From an uncultured archaeon (lineage in GTDB: Archaea > Asgardarchaeota > Thorarchaeia > Thorarchaeales > Thorarchaeaceae), in assembly GCA_964473825.1 (NCBI GenBank), contig CAYYQL010000001.1, forward strand, positions 160,001 to 224,000: DNA of 64,000 nt. Reading direction: 5' to 3'. The notes below the pieces were generated by a model, which made no database searches, was not told the DNA's origin, and saw only the letters and a list, made by a program, of their open reading frames with translations. A program made the translations under genes and the position numbers. This document shows positions 28,668 to 37,712 of the stretch, piece after piece (positions within the stretch are counted from its first letter, which is position 1; every line of letters begins with the position of its first letter).

Positions 28668-29069
28668 ATGAAATACGAAGATTGTGTGCTCAAACCACGG
28701 CCGAGTGAGGAAATCCAACACCATGATAGCTCTGTAATGAACAAGACAGGGCAATCGTATGTGCTGCTTGATGACATTCACTACGATGGCGCGGGGATTC
28801 GAGTCACCACACGGCACATTGATGATGTCCCTGAGGACATGCCAGACTATGTAGAGCTGCATACTCATGACGTAGACCAGGTCTTCATATTCCTCGATGA
28901 ACCAGGAAATAAGAATCCTCTACAGGCTGAAATTACGCTCGAAGACGAAAAGTACATTGTAACTGCTCCCGTTTCTGTGTTCATTCCCAAAGAGGTCCCT
29001 CATTCTCAAAGAGTGATCAAGGGTACGGGCAGAATGGTTACAATCTTGAAGAAGGGGAAATACCCCTAG
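28668..29069 (+). CDS. Cupin domain protein
   Basis: LHTHDVDQVFIF and VFIPKEVPHS cupin motifs. Confidence 0.8.
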   Translation: MKYEDCVLKPRPSEEIQHHDSSVMNKTGQSYVLLDDIHYDGAGIRVTTRHIDDVPEDMPDYVELHTHDVDQVFIFLDEPGNKNPLQAEITLEDEKYIVTAPVSVFIPKEVPHSQRVIKGTGRMVTILKKGKYP

Positions 29070-29129
29070 CAACCATGGACTCTGACTCTGAGACCTCCTA
29101 TACCTCCAAGAGTCGAAAACGACCTCCTC

Positions 29130-29175
29130 GGGATGTGAAGGATGGGTAGACCTTCACATCCCCTACTTTTTTTTT
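29130..29175 (+). terminator. 12-bp stem hairpin with T9 tail
   Basis: GGGATGTGAAGG-N9-CCTTCACATCCC followed by ctac and T9. Confidence 0.85.
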
Positions 29176-29279
29176 CTCCCATGAACGAGTTTCAAGCAGA
29201 TACTCAGTAGCTGAAAAGCGGTGGCAAGAATTCCTTCAATCTCCCGTGCAAGGACGACCATTGGATCTGACCATGGGAG

Positions 29280-30467
29280 CTATTCACTTGCGGCAAGATC
29301 CACTGAACCGCGCACTTGGGTGGATATCAGTGTGGCTGCAAACATTATTGCCCCCGCTATCTTGAAGCCGAGAGACATAGAGAAAATCATGACAATATAT
29401 CCGCCGACAATTGCTCCGAAGCCCCGGCCGATATTGTCTATTGTTGACATATAACCTGAGGTCATCGAGCGGGCACCCTCGGGAGAGTTATCCGCCAGCA
29501 TTATCCATTCTGATGTGACCCTTACACCCGTTGCCAGGCCAGTCAAAAAGAGAACAGCTGTGAGCTCAAAGGGAGCTTGAATCTCCGATAGCACATAGTA
29601 GAGGAATCCAAGTACTGCATAGGAACCCACAAGGGCCCATCTGTAGTCAATCCTGTCAAGCATGCGCCCCAGAGGAAATCGAGCAATCAAATCAGCTGCA
29701 CCCATCGCGGCAAGCATAAGTGTTATTGTAGATGGAAGAAACAAGAGATTGACCTCTGCATGCACTACGAAGAATGCCCCAAAAAACCCGAAAGTTGTAG
29801 CATAGAGAAAACGGAGAAAACTAACGAAATTCACATTCCTAGAGCGCACAAGTAAGCCCAGCTCTTTAATCACGTTGCGCTCAGAACCAGTTTCAGCTAT
29901 ACCTAACTGAACAGACCCCTTCACAAACAGAAATGGAAGAACACCCAGTAAAGGTATGGAAGACGAAATGAGGAATATCTGTGCATAATTCATAGAAAGG
30001 AGTAGCAGCGAAGAGATGACTGGACCGATTGTCGCCGCTATTCCGTAGGCACACAAATAGAAACCCATTGCTTCTCCCCTTCTACCATCTGGCGCCATCT
30101 TCTGAGAAGCTGCAATGCCCACAGACACCAACGGGGCTATGGTTATTGCATGAAAAATCTGAGTAAACAAGAAGCAGTTTGAAGTAGTACATACGGAATA
30201 GAGAACCTGAGTTATAGCCTGCCCACTCGCCGAAAAGGCAAGGGCCTTCTGCATCGTCGATCTTTGTGCAAGGATTCCTGCTGGTAGCTTAGTGAAGGTA
30301 AGGACAAAAGACAATATGCCCATTACAGCCCCTATCTCAAGGGACCCAGCTCCCAAGACTAAGAGGTGAAGAGGTAGAATTGGCAGACTGATGTTGTAAG
30401 CAAGAAAGATGGCCAGCGTGGAGATCACTAAAAGAAAGAACTCTTTCGGATAATCCTGGAATTTCAA
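29280..30467 (-). CDS. MFS transporter (paralogue B)
   Basis: YPKEFFLL..PILPLHL, APDGRRGEAMG; similar to 23331..24530; TTG start at 30467 after AGGAGA. Confidence 0.88.
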   Translation of the reverse strand: MKFQDYPKEFFLLVISTLAIFLAYNISLPILPLHLLVLGAGSLEIGAVMGILSFVLTFTKLPAGILAQRSTMQKALAFSASGQAITQVLYSVCTTSNCFLFTQIFHAITIAPLVSVGIAASQKMAPDGRRGEAMGFYLCAYGIAATIGPVISSLLLLSMNYAQIFLISSSIPLLGVLPFLFVKGSVQLGIAETGSERNVIKELGLLVRSRNVNFVSFLRFLYATTFGFFGAFFVVHAEVNLLFLPSTITLMLAAMGAADLIARFPLGRMLDRIDYRWALVGSYAVLGFLYYVLSEIQAPFELTAVLFLTGLATGVRVTSEWIMLADNSPEGARSMTSGYMSTIDNIGRGFGAIVGGYIVMIFSMSLGFKIAGAIMFAATLISTQVRGSVDLAASE

Positions 30468-30695
30468 AGATATTCTTCTCCTAAATACCGTCAAGTGTAT
30501 ACAGCTACCCCCTCCTAAGAGCAATATCGGGTATATCACGGTTATTATTCAAACATCTGAGAAATACCGTGTCTGAGCAGAAAAAACTGCCGCCGTCTCC
30601 TCATTAAGTAGAGCTGCCCTCACCAGGGAGAAAGCCTCAATGTGCATTTAGAAGTCCATGAACCAAAGTGTTGAGGCTCAGTCAAATTGGTGGTA

Positions 30696-31661
30696 CTATC
30701 CAATTGCGCCACGGATTCTTGCATGGTCATCTCTAAAGCGCAAGTCTATGAACGAATTCAGCTCTCCTAATTCAGGATGATGGAGTTGCGGATCGAGAAT
30801 TGTACGGAACTCCCATTTTTCATCGTCAGCGGGCTTCATCTCTATCAGTCCAACACCTAGACTCTTGGCCTCTGATAGGATGTTCCTTGCGTCTCGTCCG
30901 CTTCTTTCAAAGTCAACATCCTTTATCCATTCGAAGATTAGATAGGGTCTATGGCTGTATATGCTGTTGGCCTTGGTCTCATACACTGCCTCCAGAACAA
31001 GGGTGTTATGTTTCCATACATCAGCTGTAATAACCTCAAGATGCGTGCCCGGAACGAAGTCGTATTTCATGATGGTCAAGATTGAAATATCAGGAACGAG
31101 GGGAGCCCGTCGCCCCGTCCTTGATTGTACTGTAATTTTCGAGATGTAGAGATTTGGTGGCGACGGCTCATAGTTTGGTTTCAGCTTTCTATCAAAGTAG
31201 CTCTTCACTGCTTCATGGAGTTCCTCATCGCTTGTTGCTCCTAGGCCATTATTATAGTGCTCTTCATCTCCAACAGAAGAGTCATCAACAATCAGGGCTG
31301 TCCTCCCGTAACGCCCTCTCCCAACCACAACCTTCCCCTCATTGACGAGTTTGGCTTGAACAGCATAGAATTCCTCCGGAGCCATCCCAAGGGATTCGTA
31401 GATCTTGTCATTAGAAACAAACGACCCATCCCTCGGAAGCTTGGAAAGAACTCTCTGTCTTGGAGTCCCCATCCGCCTGATCGGTCCGCCTCGACCTCGG
31501 CCGATCTTTGCCAAACCAGCTTCTACTAGTTCTCGCTTGGCCTCAGAGTAGTCAGGATCCTCAAGACTGGAGAGCTCTCGCAGTTTGCTGTCAGCAATGA
31601 AATCAAGTGAAAGAGGTAAGTTGTCCTCCAGTATTCTGGCGTTTTTTGAGAGGCCGACCAT
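30696..31661 (-). CDS. Hypothetical protein: two tandem wHTH-like repeats plus a restriction-endonuclease-like domain
   Basis: Repeats ELVEAGLAKIGRGRGG and KLVNEGKVVVGRGRYG; C-terminal PDI...ADVWK...AVYE. Confidence 0.7.
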   Translation of the reverse strand: MVGLSKNARILEDNLPLSLDFIADSKLRELSSLEDPDYSEAKRELVEAGLAKIGRGRGGPIRRMGTPRQRVLSKLPRDGSFVSNDKIYESLGMAPEEFYAVQAKLVNEGKVVVGRGRYGRTALIVDDSSVGDEEHYNNGLGATSDEELHEAVKSYFDRKLKPNYEPSPPNLYISKITVQSRTGRRAPLVPDISILTIMKYDFVPGTHLEVITADVWKHNTLVLEAVYETKANSIYSHRPYLIFEWIKDVDFERSGRDARNILSEAKSLGVGLIEMKPADDEKWEFRTILDPQLHHPELGELNSFIDLRFRDDHARIRGAIG

Positions 31662-31894
31662 TATTCACAATCCCCATGCATCAATTCCGATTCTGATTCA
31701 CTAAAAGTCTTTCTATGTGAAGCATAACGACCAATGAGAGCAACTCTAGACCCATTTTCCTACCTTTGGTGTTACGGCGAAACCATGATGGTACCAGATC
31801 AGATAGCCTTTCGCTCATAATAGTAAAAGAAAAAGGATGCCGTCGTTTATTCGTCTTCGCTGCATTTATCAGTGCCTGATTATCCGCCCTCTTC

Positions 31895-33028
31895 ATGCCC
31901 CCAAGATTGGATTATTCATTAATCGAAAAATACTGGCCAGCTATGAAGGCAATGCTCTATCTCAATACTGCATCCACAGGCGTTCCGTCTCAACCAGTTG
32001 TTGAGGCCATGAACGATTACATGATCAGGCGCAGTGAGGGAAGATGGGGTTATACTGACACAGACTCGCTCTACAGCGACGTGAAGGTCAGTCTCTCGAA
32101 ACTCCTGGGTGGAGAGCCATCAGACTATGCATTCATGCCAAGTACATCCATTGGGATGAACTCCTTTGGTCACGCCATATCTTACCCAGACCAGGCAAAT
32201 ATCGTCATATGCGACTTGGAGTTTCCATCGAACTTCCTCCCGTGGCAAAACATCGAGAAACTCTACAATGTCGAGCTTCGCGTTGTAGAGTCGGTAGACG
32301 GGGCAGCGCCCTTAGAGGACTTCACCCGAGCTATCGATGAAAACACGAGAGTTGTGGCCATCAGTCATGTTCAGTTTGGCTCGGGATATCGAAGCAATCT
32401 GAAGGCACTAGCTGATGCAGTGCACGAATACGATGGATTTCTTGTGGCCGATATCATCCAGTCTGCGGGATGGGCGGACTTTAACCTGGTTGACCAGGAT
32501 GTTGATTTCGCCGCAGGCCAAGCCACAAAGTGGATTTCCGGACCAATTGGCGCAGGCTATGCCTATGTGAGTCCGAAGGTCAGAGAAGTTTTACAGCCCA
32601 GATTCATCGGATGGCACAGTGTCAAGAACCATCGGGACTTCACCTATGGTGCTAGAGAATTCAGGGATGATGCAGGCATGTTGGAGGGAGGATCGCCGCC
32701 ACTTGTAGCCTATGCCGGCTTCAGAAAGGCTTTGGACTTATTGCAGACGCTACCAGACGAGGTAAGGGTGAGTACAGCCCTCAACAATGCAACCTACCTG
32801 AAACAGCGACTCGATGAAGTTGGGCTCCAATACTATGATTTCGATGAGGAGCACTCCTCGCCCATAGTTTCCTGCAAATATGACAGAGCAGAGCAAGTCG
32901 AGATTGAACTTCGAAAACAGCGTGTGTTCTGTTCAGCCAGACACGGTAGGCTGAGAATCTCCCCCAGCTTCTACAATACGACTGATGAGATTGATACCTT
33001 CGTTGAAATCATAGACAAGCTGCAGTAG
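31895..33028 (+). CDS. Class V PLP-dependent enzyme (cysteine desulfurase/C-S lyase-like)
   Basis: YLNTAS, EFPSN..PW, SHVQ..SG, DIIQSAG, TKWISGPIGAG, RISPSFYN. Confidence 0.88.
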   Translation: MPPRLDYSLIEKYWPAMKAMLYLNTASTGVPSQPVVEAMNDYMIRRSEGRWGYTDTDSLYSDVKVSLSKLLGGEPSDYAFMPSTSIGMNSFGHAISYPDQANIVICDLEFPSNFLPWQNIEKLYNVELRVVESVDGAAPLEDFTRAIDENTRVVAISHVQFGSGYRSNLKALADAVHEYDGFLVADIIQSAGWADFNLVDQDVDFAAGQATKWISGPIGAGYAYVSPKVREVLQPRFIGWHSVKNHRDFTYGAREFRDDAGMLEGGSPPLVAYAGFRKALDLLQTLPDEVRVSTALNNATYLKQRLDEVGLQYYDFDEEHSSPIVSCKYDRAEQVEIELRKQRVFCSARHGRLRISPSFYNTTDEIDTFVEIIDKLQ

Positions 33029-33198
33029 TGTATCCCAAGGGACAACAGGGGTAAGAGTTGCATCGGGAGACTGACACACTTTGGAAGGGGGTATCAACAG
33101 AGAATCCCTACAAGTGGCGTTACATTTAAATCAAGAGATGCCCACCCCATTACGAGGGGGAAAAGTGGTTAGGTGGTATTCCATTTCATAAAATTTTA

Positions 33199-33213
33199 CC
33201 GAAAGATTTATAA
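33199..33213 (+). promoter_or_regulatory. BRE + TATA box of the tfb promoter
   Basis: CCGAAAG-A-TTTATAA matches the archaeal BRE-TATA consensus. Confidence 0.7.
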
Positions 33214-33366
33214 GCCCGCATCCGCATATATAAGTTTAGCGGAACCAGATGGGCGAGAATGAGTGTTCTTACCACCCAAAGCCACCACCAACAGATTCTG
33301 TTGAGCTGAAGGAAGGAGCAAGCCACTCTATATTCTAGTTCATAGGTCAGAGAGGTCAGACAGATC

Positions 33367-34326
33367 ATGGCATCAAATTCAAATCGTACTAAACAGGAGG
33401 GTCGTTCTCGTTCAGAGAACGGTTTCACGTGCCCCGAATGTGGAGGACACGACGTTGTACAGGACGTCGAAAAGGGAGAGCGTATCTGTGCATCCTGTGG
33501 ACTTGTAGTGAGCGATCACCGCATCGACACGGGGCCGGAATGGAGAGCCTTTACTGCTGATGAGAGAAACGCACGGTCTCGGGCAGGGGCTCCGACGAAC
33601 TATGCCATTCACGATAAGGGCCTGTCCACCATGATAGACTGGAGGGACTACGACTCACAGGGCAGACGATTCTCAGCCAAGAAACGGTCCGAGATTTACC
33701 GACTCAGAAAGTGGCAGATTCGAACACGCGTCCACAGCTCGGTTGATAGAAACCTTGCTCAAGCCATGTCCGAGCTTGACAGGCTCACATCACAGCTGGG
33801 GCTGAGCAAGAGCATCAAGGAACTTGCAGCTCTGCTCTATAGGAAACTAATCGTCCGTCGCCTAGCAAGGAGTCGCTCAATCGATGCAATGGTGGGTGCA
33901 GCAATCTATGCAGCGTGCAGACTTCGAGAGGCCCCACGTTCACTTGAGGAGATAGCAAGGCATTCCCGCGTAAACAAGAAGAAGATAGGACAGCACTACA
34001 GGCTTCTCGTGGAAAAACTCAAACTGAGAATGCCGATATCCGACCCCGCGAACTATGTACCTAGATTCATCACGCAACTCGGACTCCCAGGTGAAGTTCA
34101 GCAGAAGGTCCTCGAGATCCTCGAAGACGCGAAGAAAGAACGTAATCTGATCACAGGAAGAGATCCTAGGGGACTCGCTGCAGCGGCTATCTACATCGCG
34201 TCCATACTTACGGACAATAGAGTCACACAGCGGGATATCGCAATGGCCGCAGGTGTCACCGAAGTGACAGTACGGAATCGGTACAAGGAACTTGTCAGAA
34301 GACTGCATATCACAATGGAACCGTAG
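33367..34326 (+). CDS. tfb: Transcription initiation factor IIB (TFB)
   Basis: Zn ribbon CPECG...CASCG, IDTGPEWRAF, HDKGLST, two cyclin repeats, VTEVTVRNRYKEL. Confidence 0.98.
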   Translation: MASNSNRTKQEGRSRSENGFTCPECGGHDVVQDVEKGERICASCGLVVSDHRIDTGPEWRAFTADERNARSRAGAPTNYAIHDKGLSTMIDWRDYDSQGRRFSAKKRSEIYRLRKWQIRTRVHSSVDRNLAQAMSELDRLTSQLGLSKSIKELAALLYRKLIVRRLARSRSIDAMVGAAIYAACRLREAPRSLEEIARHSRVNKKKIGQHYRLLVEKLKLRMPISDPANYVPRFITQLGLPGEVQQKVLEILEDAKKERNLITGRDPRGLAAAAIYIASILTDNRVTQRDIAMAAGVTEVTVRNRYKELVRRLHITMEP

Positions 34327-34370
34327 ATAGCACATCATTGAAACTTATGCGATAGGGAGTTCGCGAGCCC

Positions 34371-34922
34371 TTATCGCTTCTCTTCTTTTTCGAGTTCGTC
34401 AAGTGTTTGGAAGAAATTCTGTGTCAAGAAGGCCCGATAGGCAAACCCACCCCAGCCGGTATCCTTCATTCTATCTTGAACTCGTCCAAGGATTTCGTCG
34501 CGCGACATGACTTTCACCGCATAGATCTCGAAGTCATCGATGATTTCGAGGGCCCCACCGATTGCATCAGCCAAGAATACTAGTGACCTCCACGGTATCG
34601 TTCTGTCAGGGCAACGGATGTCTAGACTCACATCCAGCACAAATCTGCAAAGTTGCACGATGATGCCGGTTTCCTCGCGCATCTCGCGAATAGCTGCCTC
34701 TTTCAGAGACTCACCAGGATTTGCACCTCCTGATGGCGCTCTGTAGATGCCAGTGCCGGCGTAAGCATGCTTCTGAATGACAACCCAGTCTTCATCATGT
34801 CGAATGAAACATGTGACGTCATGGTTTCTACCCTTTGCCTCACTCTTTCGAATCAGATCACACTCAAAATCCAAGAACTCGGCGTCGAAATGCAGCCTCT
34901 TGGGCACACCATATTCCGCCAC
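34371..34922 (-). CDS. NUDIX hydrolase
   Basis: Complete Nudix box GGANPGESLKEAAIREMREETGI. Confidence 0.9.
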   Translation of the reverse strand: MAEYGVPKRLHFDAEFLDFECDLIRKSEAKGRNHDVTCFIRHDEDWVVIQKHAYAGTGIYRAPSGGANPGESLKEAAIREMREETGIIVQLCRFVLDVSLDIRCPDRTIPWRSLVFLADAIGGALEIIDDFEIYAVKVMSRDEILGRVQDRMKDTGWGGFAYRAFLTQNFFQTLDELEKEEKR

Positions 34923-35117
34923 AAGTGATTGGAGTTCTGAGTCATCGAGGTCAGTCAGTATTCTCGCCTGGTTGGGCGATGGAATACCAGCAAATAGTTC
35001 TACCTCTTGACTCCATCCAGTTACGAAGGCCTATGAGCCCGGACCAGATAGCTAGGAATCTTTTTCTTGTGTCTATGCCATACTGCCTCTGGTCTCAATA
35101 CATTCGGAGGGTCTTCT

Positions 35118-35654
35118 GTGAAGAAGAGAGTGAACAACATCACTGTGGAAACCTATGTTGGAGATATCACAGAACTATCTCTCGATGCTATTGCGAATGC
35201 GGCCAACTCAGAGCTGTGGATGGGGTCAGGAGTGGCCGGAGCAATCAAGAGAAAAGGTGGAGCCGAGATTGAGAAGGAGGCCATCTCCAAAGGACCAATC
35301 AAGCCAGGCGAGTCTGTAGTCACCGATGCCGGCAGGCTTGCTGCAAAACGAGTGCTTCACTGTGCGGGTATGCCGCCGGGAGGGAGAGCCACGTCTGAGA
35401 ACGTGACCAGATGCGTGGCAGAGGCGCTCAGAATTGCAGATGACGAGGGGCTCGAAGAGGTCGCGTTTCCTGCTATTGGAGCTGGTGTGGGAGGACTAAC
35501 AAAGGAGGTTTCCGCCCACGCCATTGTCAGAGCAATTGTAAGTCATTCCAAAGAGAATCAGAGATTGAAGCGTGTCGTACTTGTTGCATACGAGTCAGAA
35601 TCAGAGCCAGCGTTCGAGAGAGCCCTAACAGAAGTCACGGAGGGGGACAGGTGA
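35118..35654 (+). CDS. Macrodomain protein (Af1521/MacroD-like)
   Basis: GDIT, DAIANAAN, MGSGVAGAI, VAFPAIGAGVGG; GTG start after GGAGG. Confidence 0.93.
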   Translation: MKKRVNNITVETYVGDITELSLDAIANAANSELWMGSGVAGAIKRKGGAEIEKEAISKGPIKPGESVVTDAGRLAAKRVLHCAGMPPGGRATSENVTRCVAEALRIADDEGLEEVAFPAIGAGVGGLTKEVSAHAIVRAIVSHSKENQRLKRVVLVAYESESEPAFERALTEVTEGDR

Positions 35655-36127
35655 AACAGTGCAAAATCGGTGATATCCAAGTACAGGCTATCATGGGACG
35701 ATTTGATGAAAAGACTGGCCTGGCGCTGGTCTCGAAGGATTTGACACCTAGCTCCAGACCACCCAACAGGAGATACTTGCCTGTCTATGACGTCTCCATG
35801 AGGTGCGAAGTCCAAGCAGATGTCATTGAGTACTGGCCGACCCTTTCTATCACAGACTCAGATAGACGTCAGACAATATATGACGCGGCCGAGAGGGCTT
35901 TGTTGATTGCCCAAGACCAAGAACTATCTGACGTTGGTGTCTACACCCTAGGTTACGAAGTCGCCAGAATACCGAGTTGGGAGGTGGCTGAAGAGATTGT
36001 CAAGGCTTTGCATGTGCATGCAAAGAGAGAGCCCAAGCTGAAGAAGGTAGTCATTGTTGCGAGTTCACCCACTCAGTACAGCTCTCTGGAGTTCGCACTT
36101 GAGAACGGCTCCGTCATCTCACTGTAG
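35651..36127 (+). CDS. Degenerate macrodomain-like protein
   Basis: C-terminal half aligns by eye with the upstream macrodomain (ALLIAQDQEL..V..YTLGYEV.....VAEEIVKAL..H......LKKVVIV) but lacks NAAN and the Gly-rich loops; overlaps upstream stop (GTGA). Confidence 0.7.
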   Translation: MKQCKIGDIQVQAIMGRFDEKTGLALVSKDLTPSSRPPNRRYLPVYDVSMRCEVQADVIEYWPTLSITDSDRRQTIYDAAERALLIAQDQELSDVGVYTLGYEVARIPSWEVAEEIVKALHVHAKREPKLKKVVIVASSPTQYSSLEFALENGSVISL

Positions 36128-36182
36128 GAACCAACAGGCACCAACTCATGCCCGTTGGCCCAGGTTTACACTCTAGTGAGGA

Positions 36183-37544
36183 TTACATCCTCAGACGCTT
36201 TCTTGCAGCCTCCGCAGAGGTTACAAGGGGATCCCAAGTATCACAGATAGCTGGGGCATAGCAATTCTCAAAGTCGAAGAACTCAGGTGCTGTCATGTTG
36301 GTTTGGATTCCGACGGTGACAACATTGAGCCGCATGGCAGCATCCTCAACACCAACTAGTTGCCCGCCAACAAGCTTCCCTTCATCTGTTTCGTAGAAGG
36401 TCTTGACTTTGATCTCCTTTCCGCCGACATAGTAGGGGGGCTTTGTTAGGCCTTTCACGGATCCTTTCTTGATCTTGACCTCAAAGCGTTCTGCGAGACT
36501 CTCAGTCAGACCAGTTGAGGCAATCTCCAGCCCGAACAATTTGGTCACCTTGGCTCCAACTATCCCTGGGAACTTCTCATCTCCCCCAGCTGCATTGATC
36601 CCGGCAACTCTTGCCTGACGGACCGCAATGGTACCAAGACCACCAGCCATGGGCTTACCTGTGACGTAATCCACATGCTCTGCACAGTCACCACAGGAAT
36701 AGACATCCTTCAAGTTCGTCTCCATCCTATCATCTACGACTATGCCTCGAGTGGGACCAGTCTCCACACCGATACTCTGAGCAAGCTCGGTCACGGGGCG
36801 AACGCCAGTTGCAACCACGACAGCGTCAGCCGGAATCTCCTTTGTTTCACCCGTTTCTCTGCTTTCAACCAGTACAGTCTTAGGGGCCTTGTCGCCAAGT
36901 ATTTCCTTGGCAGCGCTGTTACACATGATATTCAGACCATGCTCTTTGCAGTGTTCCTCGATTATCTCGGCCATATCGGAATCAACCATGGCGAGGAGAA
37001 TATTGGGCAGAAACTCGACAACTGTGACATTGAGACCCCTTTCGCGGAACGCCTCTGCAGTCTCCATGCCCACGAGCCCTCCACCAACGATGAGAATGTC
37101 TTTGGCTTTGTCAGCCTCCTTGGCCAACGCTTTCGCGTCATCTAGTGTTCTGAGACCGTATACCCTCTCTTTGTCGAGACCCTTGATTGGTGGGTCCGCA
37201 TTCACTGCACCTGTCGCGAAAATGAGCGAATCATACTCCAGAGTGCCTGATTCATTTGGACCCTCGAAGCTTAGTTCCTTCCTGTCATGATCTATGTCAG
37301 TGACAGTCACACCCAACTTCGCGTCAATCTTCAACATCTCCCAGTTATCTGGAGGCATGAGTACAAGATCTTCAAACTCCCGGACCTTTCCCGAGATGGT
37401 ATATGGAAGACCACATCTAGAATACTGGGAATACACTTCGGTGTTGAAAACAGTGATCTCATCTTTTCTGTTGAATTTCCGTGCTTGCAGAGCTGCGGTG
37501 GCACCTGCAGCACCGCAACCGATGATTGCTATCCGTTCAGTCAT
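36183..37544 (-). CDS. NADH oxidase / CoA-disulfide reductase family flavoprotein
   Basis: GCGAAG, YSRCGLPY redox Cys, ATG, GGGLVGME, GDC, YAP..DP. Confidence 0.9.
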   Translation of the reverse strand: MTERIAIIGCGAAGATAALQARKFNRKDEITVFNTEVYSQYSRCGLPYTISGKVREFEDLVLMPPDNWEMLKIDAKLGVTVTDIDHDRKELSFEGPNESGTLEYDSLIFATGAVNADPPIKGLDKERVYGLRTLDDAKALAKEADKAKDILIVGGGLVGMETAEAFRERGLNVTVVEFLPNILLAMVDSDMAEIIEEHCKEHGLNIMCNSAAKEILGDKAPKTVLVESRETGETKEIPADAVVVATGVRPVTELAQSIGVETGPTRGIVVDDRMETNLKDVYSCGDCAEHVDYVTGKPMAGGLGTIAVRQARVAGINAAGGDEKFPGIVGAKVTKLFGLEIASTGLTESLAERFEVKIKKGSVKGLTKPPYYVGGKEIKVKTFYETDEGKLVGGQLVGVEDAAMRLNVVTVGIQTNMTAPEFFDFENCYAPAICDTWDPLVTSAEAARKRLRM

Positions 37545-37712
37545 AATGACAGCCTCTTGGTTTCTTGACAACAAGAGAGCAACTTTCACTGCTTATAAGA
37601 GTTCAAGCTTTGCGGACAAGACTTGATCCAATCTTTCAGCGTTGTATCCTCCGTGCTTCGTCCCATCAACTTATCTACTAGTGCTCTTTTCCCTGAAGAC
37701 GTGGTGCCAATA

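Noticed and set aside
9399-33028. Beta-lactam biosynthesis (C45 acyltransferase + class V epimerase)
   Set aside because: No NRPS, isopenicillin-N synthase or beta-lactam synthetase
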